Shown in pieces: positions 50,118-59,477 of a DNA stretch of 64,000 nt. This DNA comes from an uncultured Candidatus Saccharibacteria bacterium (GTDB lineage: Bacteria; Patescibacteriota; Doudnabacteria; UBA920): assembly GCA_964631145.1 (NCBI GenBank), contig CAZVXT010000001.1, forward strand, positions 127,151 to 191,150, in the 5' to 3' direction. The translations under genes and the position numbers were made by a program. Numbering within the stretch: the first letter of the stretch is position 1; each line of letters begins with the position of its first letter. Below the pieces are notes generated by a model. It did not search any database and was not told the DNA's origin. It was given only the letters and a program-made list of their open reading frames with translations.

Positions 50118-51284
50118 TTAGTCTTGTTTGAAGTCATACCTTTCGAATTTTTCTAATGCTGATTGTATTTCGCTGATAGCGAGCGATGGTGGCGTTCCTC
50201 GTAAGGTAGTAGCTGCGACCTTTATTTTAGGTGATAGCCGTGTCCAGCTTTTGCTTGTCCAATTTTTCTCAATTTTATCTCTGGTTTTCCTAACCCCATA
50301 TTGGTTGATAAGTGTATAGAGACCAAGACTGGCGAGTGCGGCATTAAGTGAGTGCGCCTGCTTCTTCTTTTTGGAAGTTAATCCAGCAATCATTGCATCA
50401 AACACTTCTTCAGTTGGTCGTTCCAGCTTAAAGGCGAGCTGACTGGCTGGTGATTTGATTATTTCTGACCACTTGGTAAGTAGGGTTTTTTGCCAGAGTT
50501 CTTTGTTGAATAGCTCCTCAAAAGCAGCTTCCTTAATTTTTTCGCCTTTTATTTTCGAGAGGAAAGCAGTCAGGCTTTGCTGCTTCGCCAGTCTGATTTC
50601 GAAACGTAGAATTTCAGGCTTTTGTTCATCGTTCCAAATGTCTGTAAACATTCGTTCCAGATAAAGTTTGTCTTTATCAATGGCCTTCGCTTTAGGGGTT
50701 TGAATGTCTTTGAGTTTGTCGTAAAAAATGATATTGGCAGAGGAAGCATAAAAATATAAAGCTTGGCCATTATTGCCGTAGTGCCTCACATTCACGTCTT
50801 TTGTTTTGCCGATGTCTGCTTTGTAAAGCGTTGAAATAGCATCCTGCACGGTCATTGGAGCAGGTAGCACGATATTCTTACCAAAGTGTGCTTTAACAAC
50901 TATCGCTTTGCGAAGTAATGCCTTGAAAATTTTAATTCCCATCTGGGAAAGGCGAGCTTGGAGTTCTTCTATAACCCTGTCAAAGTCCGTGTCGTTGTAT
51001 TCTTGAACGCTATTGCCATTTAACAGTTTGGGAACAGAAAATTCAATGTGCAGGTCGTATCTCACCTTAAAATCCTCAAAACGCTGATATACGGTCAGCC
51101 TTGGTAAGTAAATACCAGCCTGTTTGTCTGCGAACGTGGCGTTCTGGGTGAACTTTTGGAACTTATGGCGTCCGTAGTTAAAATCAGTAGTTTTGTCGTT
51201 GATAATTAACGCAGGAGTAAAAAGGTTGGGGTTTCCAACCATAAAGTTCGGATATGTAATTCTGATAGCAACTGTATCCAGCAT
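50118..51284 (-). CDS. Rep_trans-family rolling-circle initiator / MobT-like relaxase
   Basis: 'QALYFYASSANIIFYDK' fits the Rep_trans 'lYiGsrxSxxxxRiYDK' signature. N-terminal 'MLDTVAIRITYP'. ~390 aa. Confidence 0.5.
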   Translation of the reverse strand: MLDTVAIRITYPNFMVGNPNLFTPALIINDKTTDFNYGRHKFQKFTQNATFADKQAGIYLPRLTVYQRFEDFKVRYDLHIEFSVPKLLNGNSVQEYNDTDFDRVIEELQARLSQMGIKIFKALLRKAIVVKAHFGKNIVLPAPMTVQDAISTLYKADIGKTKDVNVRHYGNNGQALYFYASSANIIFYDKLKDIQTPKAKAIDKDKLYLERMFTDIWNDEQKPEILRFEIRLAKQQSLTAFLSKIKGEKIKEAAFEELFNKELWQKTLLTKWSEIIKSPASQLAFKLERPTEEVFDAMIAGLTSKKKKQAHSLNAALASLGLYTLINQYGVRKTRDKIEKNWTSKSWTRLSPKIKVAATTLRGTPPSLAISEIQSALEKFERYDFKQD

Positions 51285-51314
51285 AACGCCTGCGTTTGGC
51301 TGCCTTTCGGCTGC

Positions 51315-51602
51315 TTATTTTTGTCTTGGCGTCCGTTTTTTGTTGTCCCGAAATTTCGGGGAATACTCCAAGACGTTATGCGGATACTGGTTTGCAATCA
51401 TTTGCGGAACTAATATCCAGCCTCGACCTTTACATTCATCACACGTCAAATAATCACTGCCGACTACTGTGAAGTCGTCAATTCTTTCACTGTGCCAAAT
51501 GATATTTTTTGGCACTTCAATTTTGCCAGTGCAGTCGCACAGTAAACACTTGTATTTAACCGACGGCACTGAACAGTGATGGCATTGTTTTGATTGGTTC
51601 AT
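51315..51602 (-). CDS. Small zinc-ribbon protein
   Basis: 'CHHCS...CLLCDC...CDECKGRG' Cys pairs. Confidence 0.45.
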   Translation of the reverse strand: MNQSKQCHHCSVPSVKYKCLLCDCTGKIEVPKNIIWHSERIDDFTVVGSDYLTCDECKGRGWILVPQMIANQYPHNVLEYSPKFRDNKKRTPRQK

Positions 51603-51611
51603 AAAATTTCC

Positions 51612-51944
51612 TTATTCGCTGTATAGTCGGTTTTTAAGCATTTTGAGGTTATCGAAAAACGACCTCGCTTTAACTTCGAGGCGGTCAGCCCAATAATCGT
51701 CTACAACCCGTTCTATCCCTGCTTGTCGCAGGAAAGCAAACTGGACTTTACGTGAGTTAGTTTTATCAAGCAAGGCAAGCTGAAAGCCAGCTGAAACCAG
51801 TGCTGCGGCTGCACCTAAATCGAACGTGTATAAGTAATTGCGGTAATCTTCGGCATAACTTTGGGTGTCTGCCTGACCCTTTGGTAATTTTCTGGTCATT
51901 GATTTTTTGTTAATGGTAATGTTTTGGCGAAAGAAAAAAGCCAA
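51612..51944 (-). CDS. Hypothetical protein (110 aa)
   Basis: ORF within the element, same strand as its neighbours. Confidence 0.45.
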   Translation of the reverse strand: MAFFFRQNITINKKSMTRKLPKGQADTQSYAEDYRNYLYTFDLGAAAALVSAGFQLALLDKTNSRKVQFAFLRQAGIERVVDDYWADRLEVKARSFFDNLKMLKNRLYSE

Positions 51945-52047
51945 AGCGTATTGTGCTTTGACTTTATCCTTTTATTATTCAATTATGGACGGAAAGAATG
52001 TGCGATTATTGTGGTTGTATTATGGGCTGAATGTGCTTCAGGTGTGC

Positions 52048-52503
52048 TTAAACTATCAGTTTGTATCCGTGTTGCTTGATATTTTCTATACAGTCTCGGT
52101 TCTTGGCCTGTCCTTTCGGCAAAATACCCAATATCTCTTTAATGTTTCTAATAATAAAACCAAGTTTACGTTTGGCGTCTTTTGAGGGATTTTCTCCCAA
52201 CAAATCGGTATAAGTCGCTAAATACTCATCACTGCTCATTAACGTGTGTAGGATTGCAAATTCTTGGGTCTGTGGGTTAATACTCGCTTTCACTTCGTTG
52301 AATTGCACAGAACCTGCGCTTTCGTTAAGTGTTAAAAGCCCGTGCTTTAATTGGACGCTTAAGACTTTATTTTTTGGCGTTGGCAAAGCCTCAACTTTAG
52401 GCTGTGGTTGCGCAGGAGATGCACTGCCTAAAACTTTTTCTTTGTATTGACTATACCGCTTTTCGAAATCCTGCGGGAATTGGATTGTGAGAATACTGCT
52501 CAT
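52048..52503 (-). CDS. Hypothetical protein (151 aa)
   Basis: ORF within the element. Confidence 0.45.
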   Translation of the reverse strand: MSSILTIQFPQDFEKRYSQYKEKVLGSASPAQPQPKVEALPTPKNKVLSVQLKHGLLTLNESAGSVQFNEVKASINPQTQEFAILHTLMSSDEYLATYTDLLGENPSKDAKRKLGFIIRNIKEILGILPKGQAKNRDCIENIKQHGYKLIV

Positions 52504-52507
52504 ACAA

Positions 52508-53134
52508 TTACCTCGCTGCTCCTATAATTCTAAATTTTGAAATAAGTCCTGCTTGCTCCAGCAGCTTTAATATGTTTTCCAGCTCATACCAGTCTGTAAT
52601 GCCGCATTCTCTCATCCAAGAATGATATTTTTGGGTCGATATTTTAGTCTCGCCCGTGTTTGGAGTTAGAGCCCATTCTTCTTTGAGCTTTTCAAGTATG
52701 AATAACTTTTTCTGGTCTGCCGCAGACAGGTTAGTCTTTTTTGGTTCAGGCGGCTTATTGGCCGACTGACTTAATACTTGGACTTGCTTGGTAAGAAATT
52801 TTATGTGGTCAGCATTATATTCTTGAGTAAAAATACTTTCGTATAGAGCGTAGACTTCCTCGAATCTTGGAAGTATAGGCTCAACCTTGTAAGCATTGGG
52901 TCTGGTATGCACTCCATTTAGCTGTTGTATGCTTCTGAAGGTAGCCAATAAGGATGTTTGGTATTCTAATGCTTTAAGGCTGCCCGTTTTAGCAATCATC
53001 CTAACAGCTCGTTCTCTGACATCAGCGTTAGTATCAATAATAATCCACTGGTCATTAGGAGTAGCGAGCTGTTCTTGCTGGATTTCGCATAAGATTTGCC
53101 AAGCAGTTTTGTGTAATTCTTCAATAGGGGACAT
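52508..53134 (-). CDS. Hypothetical protein (208 aa)
   Basis: ORF within the element, 4-nt spacing to the downstream gene. Confidence 0.45.
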   Translation of the reverse strand: MSPIEELHKTAWQILCEIQQEQLATPNDQWIIIDTNADVRERAVRMIAKTGSLKALEYQTSLLATFRSIQQLNGVHTRPNAYKVEPILPRFEEVYALYESIFTQEYNADHIKFLTKQVQVLSQSANKPPEPKKTNLSAADQKKLFILEKLKEEWALTPNTGETKISTQKYHSWMRECGITDWYELENILKLLEQAGLISKFRIIGAAR

Positions 53135-53219
53135 CGTAATAATATGGTAATTTAGCTTAATTTTAAGCTATTTACGCTCGAACATCAATCTTGTGGGCAG
53201 ATACGAGGATTAACCGATT

Positions 53220-53246
53220 ATGGTATTATTCCTAATAATAGGATAA
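53220..53246 (+). promoter_or_regulatory. Candidate erm leader peptide uORF (MVLFLIIG) / translational attenuator
   Basis: GAGGA SD 10 nt upstream. The 8-codon ORF ends 3 nt before the erm ATG. The weak erm SD (AGGATA) lies inside the uORF. Local hairpins ATTATT-cct-AATAAT and AGCTTAA-ttt-TTAAGCT. Confidence 0.35.
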
Positions 53247-53249
53247 CCA

Positions 53250-54131
53250 ATGAACTTACAACATTCCCAAAATTTTTTACGAGACCCCAAGCTCGTTCAG
53301 GAGTTGATACAGAAGTCGTCTTTGCGTAAAGAGGATACGGTTCTTGAAATTGGGGCAGGAAAGGGGATTATTACCGAGTTGTTAGTCAAGTCGGTTAAAT
53401 CAGTAATTGCCATAGAACCTGACCCAAAACTTTATGGTTACTTGCAGGACAAGTTCAAAGAGTATGGCAATGTTCGCATAGAAAAAGCTGACTTTCTTAA
53501 ATCCGATTTGCCCAAAGAACCATATAAGATTTTTTCCAACATTCCCTTTAACATTACTGCCGATATAATTAAGAAGTTGCTGGGAGCACAAAATTCACCC
53601 GAAGATAGCTATTTAATCGTGCAGGAAGAAGCAGCAAAAAAGTATGCTGGGAAGCCATATGCCAGAGAAACATTATTGTCCATTCTATATAAGCCGTGGT
53701 TTAGTTTCAGTGTTGTTCACAAATTTAGACGCAACGATTTTACTCCCACACCACAAGTAAATTCAGTATTATTACGAATAGAAAAATTGAAAAAGCCGCT
53801 TATTCCACAACACACTGCGGCTTTGTTCAAAGATTTTGTTGCGTTCGGTTTTACGTCGGTAAGACCAAATCTTAAAAAGGGTTACAAAAATGTTTTTGGA
53901 CACGTCCAGTTTCTGAAACTGGCTGATGAGCTTAATTTTAATCCTGATGCCAAGCCCACAGACCTCGACTTTGAGCAGTGGTTGGGTATATTTAATTACT
54001 TTGTCGTTGGGGTGGAAGAAAGAAGGCAAAAACAAGTTGTGGGTGCAGTAGCAAAGTTGGCCGAGCAGCAGAAATCTTTAGATAAAATCCATAGAACCCG
54101 CACAGCCAGAAATTGGCAGAATAAAAAATAA
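53250..54131 (+). CDS. erm: Erm-family 23S rRNA (adenine-N6)-methyltransferase (putative MLSB resistance determinant)
   Basis: 'HSQNFL', 'LEIGAGKGIIT', 'PYKIFSNIPFNITADIIKKLL', 'SYLIVQEEAAKKY', 'TPTPQVNSVLLRI', 'FEQWLGIFNYF'. Each has a close counterpart in ErmC/ErmB, less so in KsgA. Confidence 0.8.
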   Translation: MNLQHSQNFLRDPKLVQELIQKSSLRKEDTVLEIGAGKGIITELLVKSVKSVIAIEPDPKLYGYLQDKFKEYGNVRIEKADFLKSDLPKEPYKIFSNIPFNITADIIKKLLGAQNSPEDSYLIVQEEAAKKYAGKPYARETLLSILYKPWFSFSVVHKFRRNDFTPTPQVNSVLLRIEKLKKPLIPQHTAALFKDFVAFGFTSVRPNLKKGYKNVFGHVQFLKLADELNFNPDAKPTDLDFEQWLGIFNYFVVGVEERRQKQVVGAVAKLAEQQKSLDKIHRTRTARNWQNKK

Positions 54132-54138
54132 GCCCATC

Positions 54139-55074
54139 TTACGATAGGGCTAATTCCAAAGTTCTTTTTGTCGTAAGTTCAAGGTCTTTCCAGTTGCGCT
54201 TGAAAGCGTTGTAGCTCATTCCATTAAGACCAATACTAATTTCGTAACAGCGCAAACGTTCTTCAAAATTAGGCACTTCCAAGCCTATTTTTTTGTAATG
54301 ACTTCGGGCTTCTTCTACCCAGTCTATATTTTGCATTGCGGAATACCAAGGCGACCACACGATAAGTCCAGCTAACTCATACAGGAAATCGCCATACATC
54401 GCATTACCCCAATCAATGACAGCATTGATTTTCCCATCTTGAACCAGCACATTGTAATGCAAAAGGTCAGTGTGAAGTAGATGACGTTCTTTGGGACACT
54501 TGTCTACGAGAGATTTTAAGACATCAAAAGCCTTGTTAAAAGGCGCATCGCCCATTGGCGAGTTTTTTAGTGAAGCACGCCAACCATATGTTCTGCTGGT
54601 CATTGGGTCGTTCCAAACATCTAATAGACATTCTTGCCAAGTTGGATATGGAGCAACTTTTTCGGTATTCCAATTACCATATCCAGAGGTAGAGCTTATG
54701 TCAGTCATCCTCATAGCATCAAGCATCTGAAAAACAGCAGGAACTATTTGAACCATTTGTGGCTCGTCTAAACCATCCAGCATATTACCAAAAGCTCTTT
54801 CCGAAATAGCGAAACTTCGACCCAAAGCTTGCCCAATTTCCGTTACCTGCGGTATTGGCAAGTGTGATACAGCATAAGCGGCGGCAATTTGGTCTTTCTT
54901 AAAATCATCGCTATATAAGCCAAACCGAATAACGTAGTCCTTTCCTAAATGACGAAATGAAAAAGCTTGAGACCATACACCTTGCCCTAAATGTGCTATA
55001 TCACTCACTGTTTGTTTGAAGCGAGTGTGTAAAAAGTTTTCTATCTCTGTAATTTCTAAAGGTTTTAATTCCAT
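54139..55074 (-). CDS. Aminoglycoside phosphotransferase (APH) family kinase (hygromycin/APH(4)-like motif pattern)
   Basis: 'HTDLLHYNVLVQDGKINAVIDWGNAMYGDFLYELAGLIVW' matches the APH catalytic loop and IDW...GD..YE.A segment. Confidence 0.7.
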   Translation of the reverse strand: MELKPLEITEIENFLHTRFKQTVSDIAHLGQGVWSQAFSFRHLGKDYVIRFGLYSDDFKKDQIAAAYAVSHLPIPQVTEIGQALGRSFAISERAFGNMLDGLDEPQMVQIVPAVFQMLDAMRMTDISSTSGYGNWNTEKVAPYPTWQECLLDVWNDPMTSRTYGWRASLKNSPMGDAPFNKAFDVLKSLVDKCPKERHLLHTDLLHYNVLVQDGKINAVIDWGNAMYGDFLYELAGLIVWSPWYSAMQNIDWVEEARSHYKKIGLEVPNFEERLRCYEISIGLNGMSYNAFKRNWKDLELTTKRTLELALS

Positions 55075-55405
55075 ATTTGAATTATCGGCTTATACTGGCA
55101 CAGAGCGGACAATCTGCCCAGTCTGCTTATTTCGTGCCACTATGCGCCGTCCATACTGCGGTGGCGGCAGTTTAATCGTAAAACTAAATGGTATGAGTTT
55201 GGCTGTTTCTTCAAGAATAGGATGTCTGGTTGTGTTCGCTCCATACCGATTTGAAATGACATAAAATTTAAATTTAAACTTTAATCATTCTACTTTACTT
55301 TTATATTAATATCAAGCCTAATATTGACACAATAAGTCAAAAGTAGTAAATTAGTAACACGTTCTATTAAATAGAGCGATATATTTTATGGAGGAAACTT
55401 TATTT

Positions 55406-55741
55406 ATGTCGATAGAAGCTGCTTCAACTCAGCAACAAAAAACCAACCACACACCTATAATCAGAACAATGCTTTCTATTTGTCCGCAAGTAAGAAATCA
55501 TGTCCTGGATTTGGCTAAAGAAAAATTTTCTAATCAGACCGAAGTCTGTCCCAATCAATTAGGGGATTTTTTGCTCGAAGCATTTGGGCAAGCCAAACAT
55601 TTACCAAACAGTAATGTTGTAAGTGTTGTAGAAAAAACAGATATACCAAAAATTTATAATTTTGGTAAGGTGGTGGTAGTAGAATTGTCAGACAAATCTA
55701 TTGTAAACGTGTCTGCCAATCAATATCGGCGATTTTTATAA
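55406..55741 (+). CDS. Hypothetical protein
   Basis: ATGGAGGAAAC SD before the ATG at 55406. Confidence 0.45.
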   Translation: MSIEAASTQQQKTNHTPIIRTMLSICPQVRNHVLDLAKEKFSNQTEVCPNQLGDFLLEAFGQAKHLPNSNVVSVVEKTDIPKIYNFGKVVVVELSDKSIVNVSANQYRRFL

Positions 55742-55898
55742 ATTATTTAAACTAATGGTCAAGGCTATGCTTTGACCTTTTTTATTTTTAATAGCATGAA
55801 AGTTTTTATTATGCTTGATGTTTGACACAAAGAAAAGTTTGTGTTAAATTTTAGCTTAGCATTACGCTAATATATAAAAAATACGGAGGATTTAAATT

Positions 55899-56279
55899 AT
55901 GAGTTCGCAAGTTGCGGGTGTTGCACCCGACGGTAATTTTAATATCACAATTCCAATGTTTTCGATGTTGGAAAAGAAAAATTTTTTTCCGCAGACAAAA
56001 TGGGAAACAGTTACAGGAGGATTTAACAAACTTACTTCAAAACAACAGCAAGAATTTTTAGAAAACTTTACAGAAAGATATGCCGGTAAACCAGTTACCA
56101 CTGAAGCAATCAAATGTTGTTTAAAATCAATGAAAGATTTTTCATTCCGTATTGAAGGGTTATCTTGGCTCCAAAAAATCCAAGGCGACAATGATGAAAG
56201 CACTGGCGTTATTGTTCCTTTAGGAAAAGATAAAGTTACCTTAGTATCTGTTGCAGATATTAAAAACCAATTACAGTAA
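55899..56279 (+). CDS. Hypothetical protein (126 aa)
   Basis: ACGGAGGAT SD. Confidence 0.5.
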   Translation: MSSQVAGVAPDGNFNITIPMFSMLEKKNFFPQTKWETVTGGFNKLTSKQQQEFLENFTERYAGKPVTTEAIKCCLKSMKDFSFRIEGLSWLQKIQGDNDESTGVIVPLGKDKVTLVSVADIKNQLQ

Positions 56280-56363
56280 CCATAATTTTAAAACTTTATA
56301 GCTATGTGATTTTTATCGCATAGCTTTTTTGATGATATAATAAAAGAAAGTTTTGGAGGTAAT

Positions 56364-56675
56364 ATGAACTGGTCTAAGTATTTATTCGTCGTTAATTATG
56401 GCAAAAAGCAGCACGATCAAATATTTTACAATAAAGAATTACAATTTTTGCTGCAAGAAATTGCTAATCGTCTTGCTAAGCTTTCTGTTAGAGGTTTTGA
56501 AGGCGATCTAAAAGAGCTTTTGGCTTATTGGCTTTTTATAACCGACTACTTTAGGTATGTTAAAGTTGGATCAGGCGATGCAATTTTAATGAGTCGCCGT
56601 AGAGGGGGTTTAACTTTTGGTTTTCGGATTAGAGATTTAGAAAAAATTAGAAAACTGCGACATAAGCACCAGTAG
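56364..56675 (+). CDS. Hypothetical protein (103 aa)
   Basis: TTGGAGGTAAT SD. Terminator downstream. Confidence 0.5.
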   Translation: MNWSKYLFVVNYGKKQHDQIFYNKELQFLLQEIANRLAKLSVRGFEGDLKELLAYWLFITDYFRYVKVGSGDAILMSRRRGGLTFGFRIRDLEKIRKLRHKHQ

Positions 56676-56687
56676 AGATATAAAATG

Positions 56688-56755
56688 ACAGGCTAGATTT
56701 AGCCTGTTTTTTTTGATAAAATAAATTTACTTAGCCTAGATTTAGGCTTTTTTGA
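56688..56755 (+). terminator. Two tandem related terminator hairpins
   Basis: ACAGGCT-agattt-AGCCTGT + T8. Then AGCCT-agattt-AGGCT + T6. Confidence 0.65.
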
Positions 56756-56772
56756 TTTTTAATATTACAAAT

Positions 56773-58143
56773 ATGGAAGTAAATACTAGTATTTTTAAAG
56801 CCTACGACATTCGTGGTACTTATCCTGACCAGCTTAATGAAGATACGGCTTACTTAATTGGACGAGGTGTTGCAACCTTGCTTATTCAAGAAAACCCTGG
56901 TCGTCAGTTAACTCTTGCAATTGGCGGAGATATGAGAGTCCATACCAAACCTCTTAAAGATAAATTAATCTCTGGTTTAATAGATAGTGGTGTTAATGTG
57001 GTTGATATTGGTTTAGTTTCTACTCCTACTTATTATTTTGCAGTTGGATACTTTGGATATGATGGCGGTGTTCAGATTACTGCTTCCCATAATGCTAAAG
57101 AGTATAATGGCTTTAAAGTTGTGCGCAAAAATGCAGTTGCTATGGGTGGTAAAACAGGTATCGAAGCAATAAGAGATATTATTACCAATGATACTTTTGT
57201 GTCTTTGCCAGATGCAAAAGGGCAGTTGTCTGCCAAAGATGATGTTACTAAACTCGCCGTAGAACAGTACTTGCAGGTCGCTGGTACTAAAGCAATTAAG
57301 CCTCTTAAGCTAGTTATTGATCCTGCACATGCAATGGGATTGGTTGATAGTGATATGTTGTTAGCTCGTATTGATGCAGATGTAGTTAAAATGAATTATG
57401 AGCTTAATGGAGATTTTCCTAGTCATGAAGCTGATCCTTTAAAGCCGGAAAATACCGCGGACTTGCAGGCAAAAGTTGTTGAAGAGAAGGCTGACTTTGG
57501 TGTTGCTTTTGATGGGGATGCGGATCGTATTTTTATCATTGACGAAAAAGGAGAGCGAATACCTTCTCCAATTTTGTACACCATTCTTGCTCATATTGAA
57601 CATGAAGAAAATCCGGGTCAACCACTTGCTTACGAAATCAGACTTGGTAATTTGGTAGAAGAAGAGTTTGAACACGTGCATTTAATTCAAACACCAGTTG
57701 GACATTCTTTAATAAAAGCAGAAATGCTTAAGCAGGATGCATTATTTGGAGGTGAGATCAGCGGGCATTACTTCTTCAAAACACCGTGGGGAACATTTGA
57801 AGCACCAATTTTATTGTTTATAAAATTTATGCAGTGGTTATCTGCTCAAGATCAACCTTTGTCTTATTTGGTTGCTAAGTATAAACGTTATGTTTCTTCT
57901 GGAGAAATTAATAATAAAGTAGCAAGTAGGGAAGAAGTTGAAAGCAAGATCTCAGAGATCATTGAAAAGTACAAAGATGGTAAGCAGATTAAAATTGATG
58001 GTATAAAAGTAACTTATCCAAATTATTGGTTTAGTGTGAGAGCTTCAAATACCGAGCCATTGATTAGGCTTGTGGTAGAAGCAAAGGATCCAGCTGTAAT
58101 GACTGCTAAGCGAGACGAATTGCTGCAAATTATAACTAGCTAA
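56773..58143 (+). CDS. Phosphoglucomutase/phosphomannomutase (alpha-D-phosphohexomutase family)
   Basis: 'TASHNAKEYNGFK' (active Ser), 'FDGDADR' (Mg site), 'GGEISGHYFF' (sugar-binding loop). The ATG at 56773 is preferred over the TTG at 56752, which lies in the terminator T-run. Confidence 0.85.
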   Translation: MEVNTSIFKAYDIRGTYPDQLNEDTAYLIGRGVATLLIQENPGRQLTLAIGGDMRVHTKPLKDKLISGLIDSGVNVVDIGLVSTPTYYFAVGYFGYDGGVQITASHNAKEYNGFKVVRKNAVAMGGKTGIEAIRDIITNDTFVSLPDAKGQLSAKDDVTKLAVEQYLQVAGTKAIKPLKLVIDPAHAMGLVDSDMLLARIDADVVKMNYELNGDFPSHEADPLKPENTADLQAKVVEEKADFGVAFDGDADRIFIIDEKGERIPSPILYTILAHIEHEENPGQPLAYEIRLGNLVEEEFEHVHLIQTPVGHSLIKAEMLKQDALFGGEISGHYFFKTPWGTFEAPILLFIKFMQWLSAQDQPLSYLVAKYKRYVSSGEINNKVASREEVESKISEIIEKYKDGKQIKIDGIKVTYPNYWFSVRASNTEPLIRLVVEAKDPAVMTAKRDELLQIITS

Positions 58144-58213
58144 ATAATATAAAAAGCACCTCTTGGTGCTTTTTATTTTTTGTTTTATAATCAAGGCAAA
58201 GGAGGATTGCAAT

Positions 58214-58438
58214 ATGTTAACAATCGATCAAATTGAAAAAGCCGCTAATTTGGAGCATCAAATTGGCACCGGATGTGCTAGTAAAAACTCTACCCGTCCA
58301 AGCAAGAAAAAAGTTAAGTCAATAAACACTTCAAGTGAAAATGTTAATGATCGTAATGATGTTTTAACAGAAATTAAAACTAAATTTGTCACTGCTGTTG
58401 ATAGTCGGGGCAAAAAAATACTGAAGCAAATTAGTTAA
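58214..58438 (+). CDS. Hypothetical small basic protein (74 aa)
   Basis: AAGGAGGA SD before the ATG at 58214. Confidence 0.45.
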   Translation: MLTIDQIEKAANLEHQIGTGCASKNSTRPSKKKVKSINTSSENVNDRNDVLTEIKTKFVTAVDSRGKKILKQIS

Positions 58439-58442
58439 ATAA

Positions 58443-58484
58443 AAATCGGACACTGTATATTACAGTAGTCCGACTTTTTCTTTT
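58443..58484. terminator. Bidirectional terminator overlapping the trpS stop
   Basis: TCGGACACTGTA-tat-TACAGT(a)GTCCGA + TTTTTCTTTT. Confidence 0.65.
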
Positions 58485-59422
58485 ACTTCGCTTAAAGTAA
58501 GCTGGGCGATGATGCGAGCTTGCTCTGCGCCATCAGCTAAGATTCGTGCTAATTCTGCTTTATCGTTAAGTAGTTCTTTTTTCTTTTCTCGAAGAGGTTT
58601 GAAGTGCTCACTTATTACCTCTGCTAAGGTGGTTTTAAGTTCGCTAAATTTTATAGAGCCATCTTTAAAGTCTGTTTCAAATTTTGCAATTTGTGCTGGT
58701 TCTCCAAAATGTCTAAGTAGATCCAAAAGATTTGCTGCTCCTTTATCAGTGGTCACAGCTTTTTTTAATTTTGTCGCGATATCTGCAGGGCTGTCGCTAA
58801 TGTAAATTGGATCATCATTGGTTTTGCTCATCTTTTTTTCTGGATTTTTTATGCTCATTATACGCAGCGGTTTTTGGATAAATGGTTTTGGTTCTGCAAA
58901 AGTTTGTCCAAACTGTTTGTTAAATTTTCGAGCAATGATACGAGCAAGTTCAATATGCTGAGTTTGATCTTCTCCTACTGGAACTAAATTAGGTTTGTAC
59001 ATCAAAATATCTGCTGCCATTAAAACAGGGTAGGTAAGAAGTCCTGCATTTACTTTATCTTTTTGAGCTTCTCCTTTGTCTTTAAATTGAGTCATGCGAT
59101 AAAGTTCGCCAAGGGGAGTGATACAGTTAAAAATCCAAGCTAGTTCTGCATGCTCTAAAATATGGTTTTGTATAAAGATTACAGATTTTTGCGGGTCCAG
59201 CCCGGCAGCAATATATTCCGCCACAATTTCCAGAGTATCGGTACGAAGCTGTTTTGGGTCTCGTGGTACAGTTAATGCGTGCAAGTCAGCAATAAAAAAG
59301 TAGGTTTGATATTTGTCTGTATTGTTTTGAATATCAATCCAAGGTTTTAACGCACCTAGATAATTACCAATATGGAGTTTGCCGGTAGCCTGTGCCCCCG
59401 AAAGTATTGTTTCTTTATTCAT
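58460..59422 (-). CDS. trpS: Tryptophanyl-tRNA synthetase
   Basis: 'TGKLHIGNYLGAL' (HIGH). 'KMSKT'. 320 aa. Confidence 0.9.
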   Translation of the reverse strand: MNKETILSGAQATGKLHIGNYLGALKPWIDIQNNTDKYQTYFFIADLHALTVPRDPKQLRTDTLEIVAEYIAAGLDPQKSVIFIQNHILEHAELAWIFNCITPLGELYRMTQFKDKGEAQKDKVNAGLLTYPVLMAADILMYKPNLVPVGEDQTQHIELARIIARKFNKQFGQTFAEPKPFIQKPLRIMSIKNPEKKMSKTNDDPIYISDSPADIATKLKKAVTTDKGAANLLDLLRHFGEPAQIAKFETDFKDGSIKFSELKTTLAEVISEHFKPLREKKKELLNDKAELARILADGAEQARIIAQLTLSEVKEKVGLL

Positions 59423-59477
59423 ATTGACATTTTAGCATAAAATTGGCATATTTATAGCAGATTTTTTAGGAGGAAAT

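Larger units (their letters stand above)
48147..55260. mobile_element. Putative integrative mobilizable element (~7 kb) carrying Erm and APH genes, integrated at the 5' end of ychF. The right boundary is approximate.
   Basis: Large serine recombinase + Xis-like HTH + Rep_trans/MobT-like protein + resistance-type cargo. All its genes lack the strong SDs used by host genes. GC visibly higher than the flanks. The recombinase 3' end overlaps ychF. An abrupt AT-rich transition occurs at ~55262. Confidence 0.6.

Noticed and set aside
49988-50137. 50-aa ORF (minus strand) between the Xis-like gene and the Rep_trans gene (MTSNKTKKRSQPSVRYQPIEDTNGLIESAF...)
   Set aside because: It is plausible as a small element gene. 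But it is below the ORF-track threshold, has no SD, and overlaps the Rep 3' end by 20 nt, so the evidence is too thin to call.
55016-55264. ORF (82 aa, plus strand) with a CPVC motif overlapping the APH gene start and the GC-rich right end of the element
   Set aside because: It starts antisense inside the APH coding region, has no SD, and no in-frame ATG-initiated alternative exists on the minus strand. This region is more likely a non-coding att/regulatory part of the element.
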